DNA of 64,000 nucleotides. Origin: Abditibacterium sp. (GTDB taxonomy: Bacteria; Armatimonadota; Abditibacteriia; Abditibacteriales; Abditibacteriaceae). The stretch is from positions 3,904,001 through 3,968,000 of the forward strand of contig CBDASK010000003.1 of NCBI GenBank assembly GCA_965199495.1, written 5' to 3'. A model generated the notes under the pieces. The model had not been told where the DNA came from. It did not search any database and saw only the letters and a program-made list of their open reading frames with translations. Below, piece by piece: positions 1 through 10,738 of the stretch. The position numbers and the translations under genes were made by a program. Position 1 is the stretch's first letter. Each line of letters opens with the position of its first letter.

Positions 1-1
1 G

Positions 2-2233
2 CCGGTTCAATGGTTGCCCTACGCCGCGTTTTTGCCGTTCGAAGAAATGCGCGCCCGCATCGAGCCACTTATCGGCGATCCCGACCCTGATAATCGGAGC
101 GCGGCCTTGTCGGTTTTAATTCAATCGTTGCGTTATGATTTCAATCGCGCCGACGAAATTTTGAAACTGCTCGAAGCGCGCCGCAACGAGCAAGACCCCA
201 TTCGCGCGGCGATTTTTTTAGCATTGTCGCAACTGCCGTCCTCGCGCTGGAATGCGCTGCAGTTGGAAGCGGTCGCGCGCCTCATCCAATACGGTTTGGA
301 CGCGCGCGATTTATCGGCGACGACCGCCAGTTGGATGCAGCAATTCGTTGTTGGCGTTTTGCCGTTCGCGCCCGCTTGGGCCGCGAAACTTCTGGCATTA
401 TTGGTCAAAGAACGCGGGCAAATCTCGATTATGCGCCTCGAAGACCGCTTGAGTGACGCGCAAATGCAGGTCGTCGGCGCGGCGTTGTTGCCGGTTTTGC
501 GCGCCTGGCTCGACCGCGAGCGCAACCCGTTTACCAGCGCGTTTGCCGCGCTCGGTCGCCGTCTGCGTCATTGGGACGAAGGCGCCGCGTTGTTAATGCA
601 GGCCGCGAAAAATGGCCCGACTTACCTCGCGTCGAGCGCCGCCATCTTGTTGGCTAAACATCGCCGCGATGACTTCGCGAAGTTGGTTCCGCAACTGCTC
701 AAACTCGATAAGTCTTGGGGCACGCAAGCGCCGGTTTACAATTATGTTAGTCACAAAGCGCCCAATTTGCTGACGCAACCGATGCTGGGACGCGACAAAG
801 TCAGAGGCAAATTTTGGACGGGCGGCACGCGTTTCGTTTTACCGATTTATGATAAGTTCGCGCATTGGACGCCCGCGCAGCAACAAGATTTCGCGCTCAC
901 TTTGACCGAAGTAATTCGCGATGCGGGCCGCGACTTGCCCGCCGCGATTCGTTGCATCGGCACGCTCGCCAATTTGCCCGACATCGCGCCCAATGCGCTG
1001 ATTCAACTCGCTTCACTGGATAACGAAAAGCTGGCCCTCCGCGAAGCCGCATTGCGCAGCCTTTCGCATCTCGACGCGGGCGGCGGCGTGGCTGCTCTCA
1101 TCGAAGCCTTGGACGACGAACGCGCGCGCATCGCGATTTACGGATTGCGCCGCGCGCTCATCGAAATGCCCGCCGCGCGCGCCCTCGAAATTTTGCGCGA
1201 AGTGCCGCTCCAAAAAGTCACCGTCGCCAAAGAAGTCGTGCGACTTTTGGGCGATTTAAATTCGAGCGCCGCCTTCGATTGGCTGCTCGAACTGTCCGAG
1301 CGCGATTTGCATCGCGATGTGCGCGTCGCGATTGGGCGCGCGTTGTGGGAGCATTTGGACGACGCGCGCACCTGGCCGATTTTGCAAGACGCCGCGCGCT
1401 CTAACGATGCCGCCGTCGCGCAAATGGCCGCGCGCACGACGGCGCCGCGCCTAAGTCAAACCGCCAAAGCGCGATTGGCGGCGCTACTCGCTGAACTGAT
1501 GCGCTATCCCGAAGCGCGCGTGCGCCTGGAAGCGATGGCGAATCCGTCGCTCTCGCTATTGGAAACCAGGGGCGATTTGCGCGCGGGCTTGTTCGACTCT
1601 CTCGCATCCGAATTGCCCGACGAATATCGCGCCGCCGCCAACGCGATTTGCCAGAGCGCCGCCGCGCGCGATGCCGATTTAGCGGCCCAGGCGATTGCCC
1701 AACTGTTGCCGCGTCGCCGCGCTTTGAAAGAAGTGTTGGAAATGCTCGGTCACCAAATCACCTCGCGCCGCCATTTCGCCAATGTGACGCGCGCGATTTT
1801 GGATGAACTCGCGCGCGACCCTCTAACCACGCAAGCCACAATCGCGTTTGCCTACGCCGGATTATCGCGCGAAGATTGGGCGATTTGGATCGAAAACGCG
1901 CTCGATAATAGAACATTGCACGCCGACGCGCTGCATGCAGCCACGGCGGTGCTGTCGGACGAATCTAATGCCTCGCGTGATGGCGAATTGTTGAATCGTT
2001 GGCGCGATTCCAAAGCGCCCGAACTGCGCCGTCTGGCGCTGGCCAATTTAGTCGGCGCCGCGCAAAGCGGACGCGGCTGGGACGACGAACGATTGGCGCA
2101 ACTCGAACAGTTTCGCGCCGACGAATCGCTCTTGGTCGCCGCCGCCGCGCAATGGACTTTCGTGGGCGACGAAAATGTCGAAGACGATGATCCCGAAGTC
2201 ATGGAAAGCGATGACGATTTGGGATTGTTTTGA
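2..2233 (+). CDS. HEAT/ARM-repeat alpha-solenoid protein, 5'-truncated by the window edge
   Basis: Frame is open from position 2. Ala/Leu/Arg-rich helical repeats with HEAT-like motifs (DPDPDNRSAAL, LREAALRSL, HRDVRVAIGRAL, PEARVRLEA) and an acidic tail. Confidence 0.7.
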   Translation, partial: PVQWLPYAAFLPFEEMRARIEPLIGDPDPDNRSAALSVLIQSLRYDFNRADEILKLLEARRNEQDPIRAAIFLALSQLPSSRWNALQLEAVARLIQYGLDARDLSATTASWMQQFVVGVLPFAPAWAAKLLALLVKERGQISIMRLEDRLSDAQMQVVGAALLPVLRAWLDRERNPFTSAFAALGRRLRHWDEGAALLMQAAKNGPTYLASSAAILLAKHRRDDFAKLVPQLLKLDKSWGTQAPVYNYVSHKAPNLLTQPMLGRDKVRGKFWTGGTRFVLPIYDKFAHWTPAQQQDFALTLTEVIRDAGRDLPAAIRCIGTLANLPDIAPNALIQLASLDNEKLALREAALRSLSHLDAGGGVAALIEALDDERARIAIYGLRRALIEMPAARALEILREVPLQKVTVAKEVVRLLGDLNSSAAFDWLLELSERDLHRDVRVAIGRALWEHLDDARTWPILQDAARSNDAAVAQMAARTTAPRLSQTAKARLAALLAELMRYPEARVRLEAMANPSLSLLETRGDLRAGLFDSLASELPDEYRAAANAICQSAAARDADLAAQAIAQLLPRRRALKEVLEMLGHQITSRRHFANVTRAILDELARDPLTTQATIAFAYAGLSREDWAIWIENALDNRTLHADALHAATAVLSDESNASRDGELLNRWRDSKAPELRRLALANLVGAAQSGRGWDDERLAQLEQFRADESLLVAAAAQWTFVGDENVEDDDPEVMESDDDLGLF

Positions 2234-2329
2234 TGCTAACTTCGCTACTCGTAGAATTAAAATATGTTTTGACCTCCAGAAACCACCATTTTTAGTGATT
2301 TGCGTTTTACTTTTGCTGGAATATAAGCG

Positions 2330-3974
2330 ATGCTTTCACTCGTCTCTCCCCTCATGCGCACTTTGATTCAGGTTCATTTCTGGCTACTTTCTTTCGGCTA
2401 TTTCTGGATGAGCATTCCTTCATCGCAGTTCATTCGGGGCGTTATGACGTATGGCATTCCGGTGCTGTCGTTAATCGAGATCGTTCGCGAAGCGTGCTTA
2501 CTGTGGATATTTCCCAAATGGGCGCGCCGTTTGGAGGCTTTGGGACGGCATGAAAAAGCCCTTGCGCTGATGAGGCGTTCGGTGCGGGCATTCACGCCGC
2601 TAAGTGGCAGACATACGCCCTCCAAATTGCATCTTTACGCGATGGGCTTGATGTGCGAAAACGCCGGGCGTCACGGCGAGGCGAGCGAAATTTGGAGCGA
2701 AATCGCGAGCCAAAGCGGTCTGGCGACCGGGTTCGAGGCTGGCGTGCGCGGTCGTTTGGCCAACTCTCTGGAACAGGAGGGCGATTTACAAGGCGCCATC
2801 CGCCAACGCGACATCGCGCGGCAAAAGTTGGAACGAGCCACGAATGCCGGACGGGAAAATTGGTCGGTTTTACTGCAAAAAGGCAAAAGGGCGCGCGAAG
2901 CCAACGATTTTTCGCAGGCCAGCGCGTTTTTCCAACGCGCCTTCGATGATCCCAAACCCAGACTGACAGAGGCGCAACGTCCCGTCATTCAAATCGAGAT
3001 AGCCAGTCAATTAGCGGTGGCGACTCAACTCAACGGCGAATATGCGCGTGCCGCAAGCGCCGCGCGTCAGGTGGCTGCATTGGCCACGACGCCAGCGATG
3101 CGCGCGCAGGGCTGGCGCTTGTTGAGTAACGCTCTTTTGGCGCAGAACTCTTTGGACGAGGCGCTTGAGGCCACGCGCGCGGCGCTTGCGGAAAGTCAAA
3201 AGCTGGGCAACCAACAAATGGTGGCACACACCCGCGCACAATGCGCTCATCTGCTGCTGATGATGGGGCATATCGAGGCGGCGCTGCGAGAATGCGAAAT
3301 CGCCATCGCGTTGGAGCCGGATTCTGCACGCTTCGCGTTTCATGCGGCGGCCAATTGTCATTCTTTGCAGGGCAACTATGGGAGCGCGCGCGAATATATT
3401 GAACGCGCGCCAAATCAAAACTCATTCCTCGCCCGCCGATGCACGGTTGATGCGCGGATCGCTTGACATCGAAAATATGGCCATTGAAATCAACGCTGCC
3501 CAATATGAAGACCCTGCGCGCGCGCAGGTCGCGTGGGATTTGTTGCAACGCGCCAAACAGAATCTGGTCGGGTTCGAGCGGTTATCGCTCTGGCTACGCG
3601 CCGCCGAAGTCGCGATTCGGACGAATTTAGGCGACTTGGAAGGCGCGCGTGAAGAATGCGAAGCCATCGCGCAGCAACTTCAGCCCTATCACGATGACAC
3701 GGCCACACTCAGCGTGATTTGGACTTATTTAGCCCACACTTATGTGCAACTTGGCGATTGGAAAGAAGCGGCGCGTTGGGGGCAACGCTATTTAGATTCG
3801 CCCTTTATCCGTCCGGTCTACCGCGCCGATACTTTGTGTGAATTGGGCGCGTGTCAACACCATTTGGGCAACGAACAAGCGGCTCGCGCGTGTTGGCAGC
3901 AAGTCTTGGATTTAAATATTCCCATCGCCGCCACCCAGCGCGCCCGCGACTCTCTTGCGGGCACGACAGGTTAA
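2330..3974 (+). pseudogene. Membrane-anchored TPR protein split by a frameshift near 3401-3412
   Basis: ORFs 2330-3466 and 3342-3974 both carry TPR-like helices. Adding one CG to GAACGCGCGCCAAATC gives a continuous ERARQIKTHSS. The N-terminus is hydrophobic. Could be a sequencing error. Confidence 0.65.
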
Positions 3975-3993
3975 GCTCGACTTACGAGCAGCG

Positions 3994-4527
3994 TCAAACC
4001 AGACCGCTACAAAGTTGTGCGGTTGTATGACTCATTCCTTTTTTCCACTCGAAATTGGCGAAAAACTCGATGCGATTGCGTTCTAATTCCTGCACCGTCA
4101 AATAGCCGGGAAAATAACCCGTCGGCTCCAAACCAAAGCGCGCGAAGGTGCCGCAGATGTTTTTGGCGCGTCGCGTTGGGTAACAAATCGCCAGTGGTTG
4201 CTCCCAATTATGATGCGACAACAGTCGAATCGCCGCGAACAATTGCGACAGCGAAACTTTCCAAAATGGCGGATCGCAAATGATCACGCCAAACGTTTCA
4301 TCGCGCCAGAGCGGGCGATACAAATCGAATTGGGCGTAATTTTCGTCTTCGCTAAATCGTTCGTCGAAATCTAAAACGCGATGCGGGATGTTGCGTTGGC
4401 ACAAAACGCGACCGAGCATCGGCGCGCACAGGGCACACGGGTTGGCGAAACGAGCAGCCACGTCGGCCAGTTCGTCCAAAGTTTGAGCGTCCCAGAAATA
4501 TTGTTCCCATTCGTGGCGTTCGAGCAT
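3994..4527 (-). CDS. Putative methyltransferase, N6-adenineMlase (EEF1AKMT1/N6AMT2-like) family
   Basis: Motifs QYFWD-T, CAPM, LDFDERF, FDLYRP and ICDPPF resemble this family's motif order. The start was moved to ATG 4527 because the longer ORF begins inside the REP repeat. Confidence 0.6.
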   Translation of the reverse strand: MLERHEWEQYFWDAQTLDELADVAARFANPCALCAPMLGRVLCQRNIPHRVLDFDERFSEDENYAQFDLYRPLWRDETFGVIICDPPFWKVSLSQLFAAIRLLSHHNWEQPLAICYPTRRAKNICGTFARFGLEPTGYFPGYLTVQELERNRIEFFANFEWKKGMSHTTAQLCSGLV

Positions 4528-4573
4528 GATTGTAGGTCTTTCCTTAGAATTTGCCGTAAAATGACAATTTACT

Positions 4574-4676
4574 CTGTTCAGTTTTCCGTTCGTAGTCTCG
4601 CCGTAAGGCGAGTTCATAAGGCAAATATCTGAATAAACTCGCCTTACGGCGAGACTACGAACGGAAAACTGAACAG
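4574..4676. repeat. REPIN, left of RAYT (inverted pair of GTAG-TCTCGCCGTAAGGCGAG REPs)
   Basis: Perfect 41-bp inverted arms, 4574-4614 and 4636-4676. Each has GTAG followed by the hairpin CTCGCC-GTAA-GGCGAG. Confidence 0.9.
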
Positions 4677-4742
4677 GGAAAGTTGGACATTTCGCTCGCC
4701 TGAATTTAAATATTGTTGATCTGCGCTCAGATTGAAACGTAA

Positions 4743-5384
4743 GTGTCGGAAGAACGCGACTTTGTAGAGCGAAGCGGTTCCAATTCGTTTATGTATTCCT
4801 ACCGCAAATTATCGCTGGAACAGCAGCAAGAAGTTGTTGAGCAAAGGCGTTTGTGTAATTTTCCGTTGCACCAACCACCGCGTTCCGAATCGCTAACGGG
4901 ATTACATCTGCTAACTGCCGCTAATTTCGAGCATCAACACATAATGAGTTCTCAAACACGGCGCGAAGAGTGGGAAGATAAAATTTTGGCGCTTTTCGAT
5001 GATAACGCCGACTGGCAATTATTGGGTTGGTGCATTTTGCCAAACCATTATCATTTGGTGGCTCAAGTCAATTTAGATGTTTTTGCCGAAAAGATTGGAA
5101 GACTGCACAATGGAGTCTCGACTCAGTGGAATCGTGAAGACAAAATAGCGGGCAGGAAAGCCTGGTTCCGATTCGCCGAACGCGGCTTACGCAGCGAGCA
5201 ACATTCTGTTGTCGCGCTCAATTATGTGCATTTTAATGCTGTGAAACACGGTTACGTTTCCGATGCGCGTCAGTGGCCTACGTGCAGCATTCACGATTAT
5301 TTAGCACAATATGGCGCCAAAATCTTGAAGAGAAACTGGGTGAATTACCCTATCCTGGATTTTGGGAAAGGCTGGGATTGGTGA
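4743..5384 (+). mobile_element. REP-associated tyrosine transposase (RAYT, Y1 HUH family)
   Basis: HUH motif WCILPNHYHLV, catalytic Tyr in LNYVHFNAVKHG, and WPTCS. Flanked by REPINs on both sides. The true start may be ATG 4791. Confidence 0.85.
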
Positions 5385-5422
5385 ATTATCCTTAAAGTCC
5401 AAGTTCGCCCGCAATTGTATCT

Positions 5423-5512
5423 CGTTCGTAGTCTCGCCGTAAGGCGAGTTCATAAGGCAAATATCCGAATAAACTCGCCTTACGGCGAGACTACGAACGG
5501 AGGACTGAACAG
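5423..5512. repeat. REPIN, right of RAYT
   Basis: Same REP pair and nearly the same spacer (CATAAGGCAAATATCYGAATA) as 4574-4676. Confidence 0.9.
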
Positions 5513-5545
5513 ATAAAATTGTCACTTTTCAGCAGTTACAACAAT

Positions 5546-5578
5546 AAACGCCGCGCACCCTAAAAGTGCGCGGCGTTT
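5546..5578 (-). terminator. Probable intrinsic terminator downstream of gap
   Basis: Stem AAACGCCGCGCAC / GTGCGCGGCGTTT just after the gap stop. Confidence 0.6.
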
Positions 5579-5594
5579 CACCAATTAACCCAAT

Positions 5595-6608
5595 TTACAG
5601 ACCTTTGCTGGCCATGTAGTTGATCAAATCAGCCACGCGGTTGGAGTAGCCCCACTCGTTATCATACCAGCTCAACACTTTCAACATGTTGTCGCCCAAA
5701 ACCATCGTCGAAGGCGCGTCAATCACGCTGGAAAGCGGGTTGCCTTTGTAATCCACCGAAACCAACTCTTCCTGTTCGACGCCCAAAATGCCTTTCATCG
5801 CGCCATCGGCGGCGGCCTGAAACGCTTCGTTCATCGCCTGCGCGGTGACGGGTTTGGTGGTGTTGACGACCAAGTCCACAATCGAAACCGTCGGCGTCGG
5901 CACGCGCATCGAGCCGCCGTTGAGCTTGCCTTTGAGTTCGGGAATGACGAGGGAAATCGCTTTGGCGGCGCCGGTCGTCGTCGGGATGATCGACTGCGCG
6001 GCAGCGCGGCTGCGACGCAAATCCTCGTGAACCTGATCGGCGATGCGCTGATCGTTGGTATACGAGTGAATCGTGTTCATCAAACCATGTTCAATGCCAA
6101 AGGTATCCAAAATGACTTTCGCCATCGGCGCCAGACAGTTGGTGGTGCAGCTCGCATTCGAGACAACATTGTGTTTGCTCGGATCGTAAAGCTCGTTGTT
6201 GACGCCCATCACGAAAGTGGCGTCCTCGTTTTTGGCAGGAGCCGAAATCACGACTTTCTTGGCACCCGCTTCGATGTGCGCGGCGGCTTTGAGGGCGTCG
6301 GTGAAAAAGCCGGTGCTTTCGACGACGAAATCCACGCCGACATCGCCCCACGGAATCTGCGCCGGGTTGCGCTCGGCGAAAACGCGGACGTGCTCGCCGT
6401 CCACAATGAAGCCATTCTCTTCCAACTCGACTTTGTGCTTGAAGTGGCCGTAGTTCGAGTCGTGCTTGAGCAGATGCGCGTTGGTCTTGGGATCCGAAAG
6501 ATCGTTGATAGCCACGACATCAATGTCGTTGCCATAGCGCTCGGTCAGAGCGCGGAAAGTGATGCGGCCAATGCGACCGAAGCCGTTGATGCCTACTTTG
6601 ATTGCCAT
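5595..6608 (-). CDS. gap: Type I glyceraldehyde-3-phosphate dehydrogenase
   Basis: INGFGRIGR, active site [17 protein letters not shown]. Confidence 0.98.
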   Translation of the reverse strand: MAIKVGINGFGRIGRITFRALTERYGNDIDVVAINDLSDPKTNAHLLKHDSNYGHFKHKVELEENGFIVDGEHVRVFAERNPAQIPWGDVGVDFVVESTGFFTDALKAAAHIEAGAKKVVISAPAKNEDATFVMGVNNELYDPSKHNVVSNASCTTNCLAPMAKVILDTFGIEHGLMNTIHSYTNDQRIADQVHEDLRRSRAAAQSIIPTTTGAAKAISLVIPELKGKLNGGSMRVPTPTVSIVDLVVNTTKPVTAQAMNEAFQAAADGAMKGILGVEQEELVSVDYKGNPLSSVIDAPSTMVLGDNMLKVLSWYDNEWGYSNRVADLINYMASKGL

Positions 6609-6762
6609 AATGTGTGTTCCTAAAAACCGTTACCACGATAAAGGCGCGGGCGGTGAAAAATCGGGTTTTTCGCGCGAAGTATAACAAATGATGATTTCAT
6701 CGGACGGCAAACCCACAATAAGTTACCGCGAATTTCGCAATCAATCGCCGATTCCCATCAAC

Positions 6763-6801
6763 AAAAAAGCCGCAGGAACTTCAAAAGTTCCTGCGGCTTT
6801 T
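6763..6801 (-). terminator. Intrinsic terminator after the ABC permease
   Basis: AAAAAAGCCGCAGGAACT-TCAAA-AGTTCCTGCGGCTTTT hairpin, giving a U-tract on the minus strand. Confidence 0.75.
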
Positions 6802-6823
6802 CTATTTCCACTTGAGGGCGAAA

Positions 6824-7852
6824 TTATTTTTTTGCGATGTCCACAACATCGGATTGTTGCGCGCCCATCACCGGAGTCAACGTGGCTGTTGCGCGTGGCT
6901 TGCGGTTCTTGAGCAGTTGATCCACCAAAACGCCGATGAGAATGACCGCGCCCATCACGGTGAAGTTGAGGCTCGACGGAATGCCCAACAGGTTGACCAG
7001 GTTTTGCAAAACCTGCAACAGTGCTGTGCCCAACAAAATGCCGATGACGCTGCCTTCACCGCCACGCAGCGAACAGCCGCCCAACACCGCTCCAGCGATA
7101 CCATACAACTCGTAGAAGTTGCCGTGCGTCGCGGGCGAAACCGAGTTGGTGTAGAACGCGATTAAAATGCCCGAAATCGCCGCCAGCAAACCGCCGATCA
7201 CATAAGTCATCGTGACCACGCGATTGGTGTTGATGCCGCTATAACGCGTGGCGGCCTCGTTGCGACCAACCGCATAAAGATAACGCCCGTAAACGCCGCG
7301 ATGCAAAAACAGCGCGACGATGGCCGCGATGATGATCATTAAAATGAACGATGTCGGCACGCCAAAGACTTTGCCCGTCATAAAGGCGCGCAAACCCTCG
7401 AAGCCTTCGGCTTGGCCAAAACCTTTGGTTTCGTCATTGGCGACGAAACGAGCCACGCCGCGATAGAACAGTAAGCCGCACAGCGTCACCACGAACGGTT
7501 GCAACTTGGCGCGCGTGATGAGCAGACCGTTAATCAAGCCGACGGCGACGCCCAAAATCAGAATCATCGCGATGGCGAGGGGCCAGGCGAATTTCTTTTC
7601 GGTCAGCATCATCGCCAGCAAAACGCCTTCGAGCGCGAACATCGAGCCGACGCTCAAATCAATGCCGCCGGTGATGATAATCAGGCCCGCGCCGATGGAA
7701 AAGATGCCATACATTCCAATCAGCAGCGCCAGATTGCTCAGGTTTTGCGGGAGCAAGAACGTGCGTCTCGGATCAATGACCGTTGTTACTACGCAAATGA
7801 GCAGTAGTAAAACGAAAATTCCAAACTCTTTTTTAGTAAAAATACTTTTCAT
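6824..7852 (-). CDS. Monosaccharide ABC transporter permease (RbsC-like)
   Basis: GGIDLSVGS, GRYLYAVGRN, YELYGIAGAVLGG and multiple TM helices. Confidence 0.92.
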   Translation of the reverse strand: MKSIFTKKEFGIFVLLLLICVVTTVIDPRRTFLLPQNLSNLALLIGMYGIFSIGAGLIIITGGIDLSVGSMFALEGVLLAMMLTEKKFAWPLAIAMILILGVAVGLINGLLITRAKLQPFVVTLCGLLFYRGVARFVANDETKGFGQAEGFEGLRAFMTGKVFGVPTSFILMIIIAAIVALFLHRGVYGRYLYAVGRNEAATRYSGINTNRVVTMTYVIGGLLAAISGILIAFYTNSVSPATHGNFYELYGIAGAVLGGCSLRGGEGSVIGILLGTALLQVLQNLVNLLGIPSSLNFTVMGAVILIGVLVDQLLKNRKPRATATLTPVMGAQQSDVVDIAKK

Positions 7853-7876
7853 GAGGAAAACAAAATTTAATAGTTC

Positions 7877-9403
7877 CTAAGCCGCGATGGCCTCGGTCGA
7901 GCGCGCCACGGCCAAGCGCATCACTTTTTCTTCGTCGGCCTCTTCGCGCGATAATGAGCCGGTGATCTGGCCTTCGCACATCACGATGATCCGATCCGAT
8001 ACGCTCAAAACTTCTTCCATATCGCTCGAAATCATCATCACGACCACGCCGCTTTGCGCCAAATTGCGCATGATTTTGTAAATTTCGGCTTTGGCGCCCA
8101 CGTCAATGCCGCGCGTCGGCTCATCGAAAATCAACATTCGCGGTTTGGACGAAAGCCACTTGCCCAGCACAACTTTCTGCTGGTTGCCGCCCGACAAATT
8201 GCCCGCGCGCGTCATCACGTCGGGCGTTTTGATGCCCAGCGATTCTTTTTGCTCCTGCGCGATGCGAGTTTCGCGCGCGGTGTTGACCAGTTGAAGCGGC
8301 CCGCCAACCGAATTGCGGCTCAGCATCGGCAAGGAGATGTTATCGCGAATCGGCCAATCGAGCAACAGGCCGGTCTCGCGGCGGTCTTCGGGCACCAGAT
8401 AAATGCCGTTATTAATTGCGGTTTGCGCCGAGCGAACGTGAATCGGTTCGCCGCCACCAATCGAAATTGTGCCTTCGAGACCCGGTTCAACGCCAAAGAG
8501 CGCCTGCGCGACTTCGCTGCGGCCCGCGCCGACCAATCCGGCGAAACCCAAAATTTCGCCGCGCCCGATGTCGAACGAGATTTTCTGCTTGGGATAGCGC
8601 GGTGTGCGCAGGTTGCGCACGTTGACGAAGCGATCCATGATGCCTTTGGTCGGCGCCGATTTTATCCGTTCCAAATCGCGCCCGACCATCAGCGAAACCA
8701 TGTTGTCGTGCGTGATTTTATCGCCCTCTAATTCGCCCGCGTTGGCGCCGTCGCGCAGAGCCACGACGCGGTCGGCGATCTGCGTGATTTCGCCCAGACG
8801 ATGCGAAATGTAAATCACCGAAACGCCCTCGGCGCGCAGTTCCTTAATGACGGCCAGCAGACGGTCGGTTTCCTGCAACGTCAAGCTCGAAGTCGGCTCG
8901 TCCATGATGACGACGCGCGCTTCCTGCGACAGCGCCTTGGCGATTTCGACCATCTGTTGTTGCGCCAACAGCAACTCCGATAAAGGCGTAGTCGAGCGAA
9001 AGTTGAGATGCAAACGATCCAGATATTTCTGCGAGTTCGCGTGAATTTTGCGTTTGTCAATCAGGTTGAGCGGCCCGCCAGTGCGCGGCTCGCGACCCAG
9101 ATAGATGTTGCCAGCCACGTCGATGTTATCGAGAACGTTGAGTTCCTGATGCACAAAACCGATGCCTTGATCAATCGAGTCATTGACGTTATTGATGACG
9201 ACTGGCTTTTCGTTCACGAAAATCTGGCCGCCGTCGGGCTGGTGAACGCCGCCCAACACCTTCATCAGCGTGGATTTTCCGGCGCCGTTTTCGCCGATAA
9301 TGGCGACGATTTCGCCCGCGCCAATCGAAAACGAAACGCCGCGCAGGGCGCGCACGCCGCCGAAATTTTTCTCGATATTCGCGACGCGTAAAAGAGGAGT
9401 CAT
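7877..9403 (-). CDS. Monosaccharide ABC transporter ATP-binding protein (RbsA-like)
   Basis: GENGAGKST, MDEPT, LSGGNQQKV, DEPTRGIDVGAK; two ABC domains. Confidence 0.95.
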   Translation of the reverse strand: MTPLLRVANIEKNFGGVRALRGVSFSIGAGEIVAIIGENGAGKSTLMKVLGGVHQPDGGQIFVNEKPVVINNVNDSIDQGIGFVHQELNVLDNIDVAGNIYLGREPRTGGPLNLIDKRKIHANSQKYLDRLHLNFRSTTPLSELLLAQQQMVEIAKALSQEARVVIMDEPTSSLTLQETDRLLAVIKELRAEGVSVIYISHRLGEITQIADRVVALRDGANAGELEGDKITHDNMVSLMVGRDLERIKSAPTKGIMDRFVNVRNLRTPRYPKQKISFDIGRGEILGFAGLVGAGRSEVAQALFGVEPGLEGTISIGGGEPIHVRSAQTAINNGIYLVPEDRRETGLLLDWPIRDNISLPMLSRNSVGGPLQLVNTARETRIAQEQKESLGIKTPDVMTRAGNLSGGNQQKVVLGKWLSSKPRMLIFDEPTRGIDVGAKAEIYKIMRNLAQSGVVVMMISSDMEEVLSVSDRIIVMCEGQITGSLSREEADEEKVMRLAVARSTEAIAA

Positions 9404-9477
9404 AGGATGTAAAGAGAAGTGTAGCTGGCCCGTGGCTCTATAATTGGGAAACCACGGGCCAAAGCCGCATAAAATTC

Positions 9478-10632
9478 CTAACGCGCCGAAAAACGGTAAA
9501 CCGTCGTCTGACGGTAAGTTTGTCCGGGACGCAGCGTTGTCGTCGGATACGCCGGATGGTTGGGCGAATCGGGATAGTGCTGCGCTTCCAACGCGAAGCC
9601 GCTACGCTTGGGATACAAACGCCCATATTTGCCATGCAGACCATCCAAGAAGTTACCGGTGTAAAGCTGCACGCCCGGTTCCGTCGTGTAAACGCGCAGT
9701 TCGCGCCCCGAAACTGGTTCGCGCACCGTCACGCCCAGTTTTAATTGACCGCTTTGATTGCGCAACACGAAGTTGTGATCGTAACCCGCGCCGTTTTTCA
9801 GTTGGGTGTTATCGTCGTTGATGCGCGCGCCAATGCGGTGGAAAGTGCGGAAATCGAACGGCGTTCCGGCCACGCGCGCCAATGGGCCAAGCGGAATCGA
9901 AGTCGGGTCAATCGGCGTATAGCGGTCAGCGTTGATTTTGACTTGATGATCCAAAATCGTTCCCAGACCGGCGCCGCGCAAGTTGAAATACGAGTGATTC
10001 GTCATGTTCAGAAGCGTGGGCGCGTCGGTGACGGCGCGATAATCAATGCGCAGTTCGTCGTCGTTTTGCCACGTATAACGCACGCGCACATTGACGTTGC
10101 CGGGATAGCTATTTTCACCCGCAGGCGAAAACAGCGTCAATTCCAGCGCCGGGCCGTTTTTGAGCATCATCGGCTTGGCGTTCCACAATTGTTTGTCGAA
10201 GCCCTTAATGCCGCCGTGCAGATGATTGACGCCGTTATTGACGGCCAATTTATAAGTTTTGCCATCGAGCGTGAAGCGGCCTTTGGCGATGCGATTGGCG
10301 TAGCGCCCGACGAGCGCGCCAAAATACGGACTTTTGTCCTCGTAACCTTTGAGCGTATCGAAGCCCAGAACGACGTCGCCGCGCACGCCATTTTTGTCGG
10401 GCACGCGGATCGCGGTCACGATGCCGCCGTAGTTGGTGATTTGCACCTGCGAGCCGCTCGCGTTGCGCAAGGTGTAAAGCGTGGCGACTTTGCCATCGGG
10501 CAACGCGCCAAAAGGCGCCTGAGTAATCGCGGCCTTTTCCATCATCGGCGCGGCATGGACGAATGAGGCGCCCAGTGCAGTGGCAGCCACGGCGACGGCG
10601 GGCATCGTGAATTTGGGGGAGAATCGAAGCAT
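9478..10632 (-). CDS. galM: Aldose 1-epimerase (mutarotase) with N-terminal signal peptide
   Basis: GRYANRI, HLHGG, TNHSYFNL, GYDHNF, EAQHYPDSPN. Signal-like AVAVAATALGASFVHA. Confidence 0.92.
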   Translation of the reverse strand: MLRFSPKFTMPAVAVAATALGASFVHAAPMMEKAAITQAPFGALPDGKVATLYTLRNASGSQVQITNYGGIVTAIRVPDKNGVRGDVVLGFDTLKGYEDKSPYFGALVGRYANRIAKGRFTLDGKTYKLAVNNGVNHLHGGIKGFDKQLWNAKPMMLKNGPALELTLFSPAGENSYPGNVNVRVRYTWQNDDELRIDYRAVTDAPTLLNMTNHSYFNLRGAGLGTILDHQVKINADRYTPIDPTSIPLGPLARVAGTPFDFRTFHRIGARINDDNTQLKNGAGYDHNFVLRNQSGQLKLGVTVREPVSGRELRVYTTEPGVQLYTGNFLDGLHGKYGRLYPKRSGFALEAQHYPDSPNHPAYPTTTLRPGQTYRQTTVYRFSAR

Positions 10633-10660
10633 AAATTGGGGGATTTGAAACCGAATCAGA

Positions 10661-10702
10661 GAAATTGCGGTTCAGCCGAAAAGGGGCTAAACCGCAATTT
10701 TC
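10661..10702 (-). terminator. Intergenic hairpin after the binding-protein gene (terminator or mRNA stabiliser)
   Basis: GAAATTGCGGTT...AACCGCAATTTTC stem. Confidence 0.45.
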
Positions 10703-10738
10703 AACACCGTTTTATCGAACGCGTTGTGTCGCGCAAAT

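Noticed and set aside
4528..4617. N-terminal extension of the methyltransferase ORF
   Set aside because: The called start lies in the REP sequence, and the same peptide (MNSPYGETTN) appears in the second REPIN.
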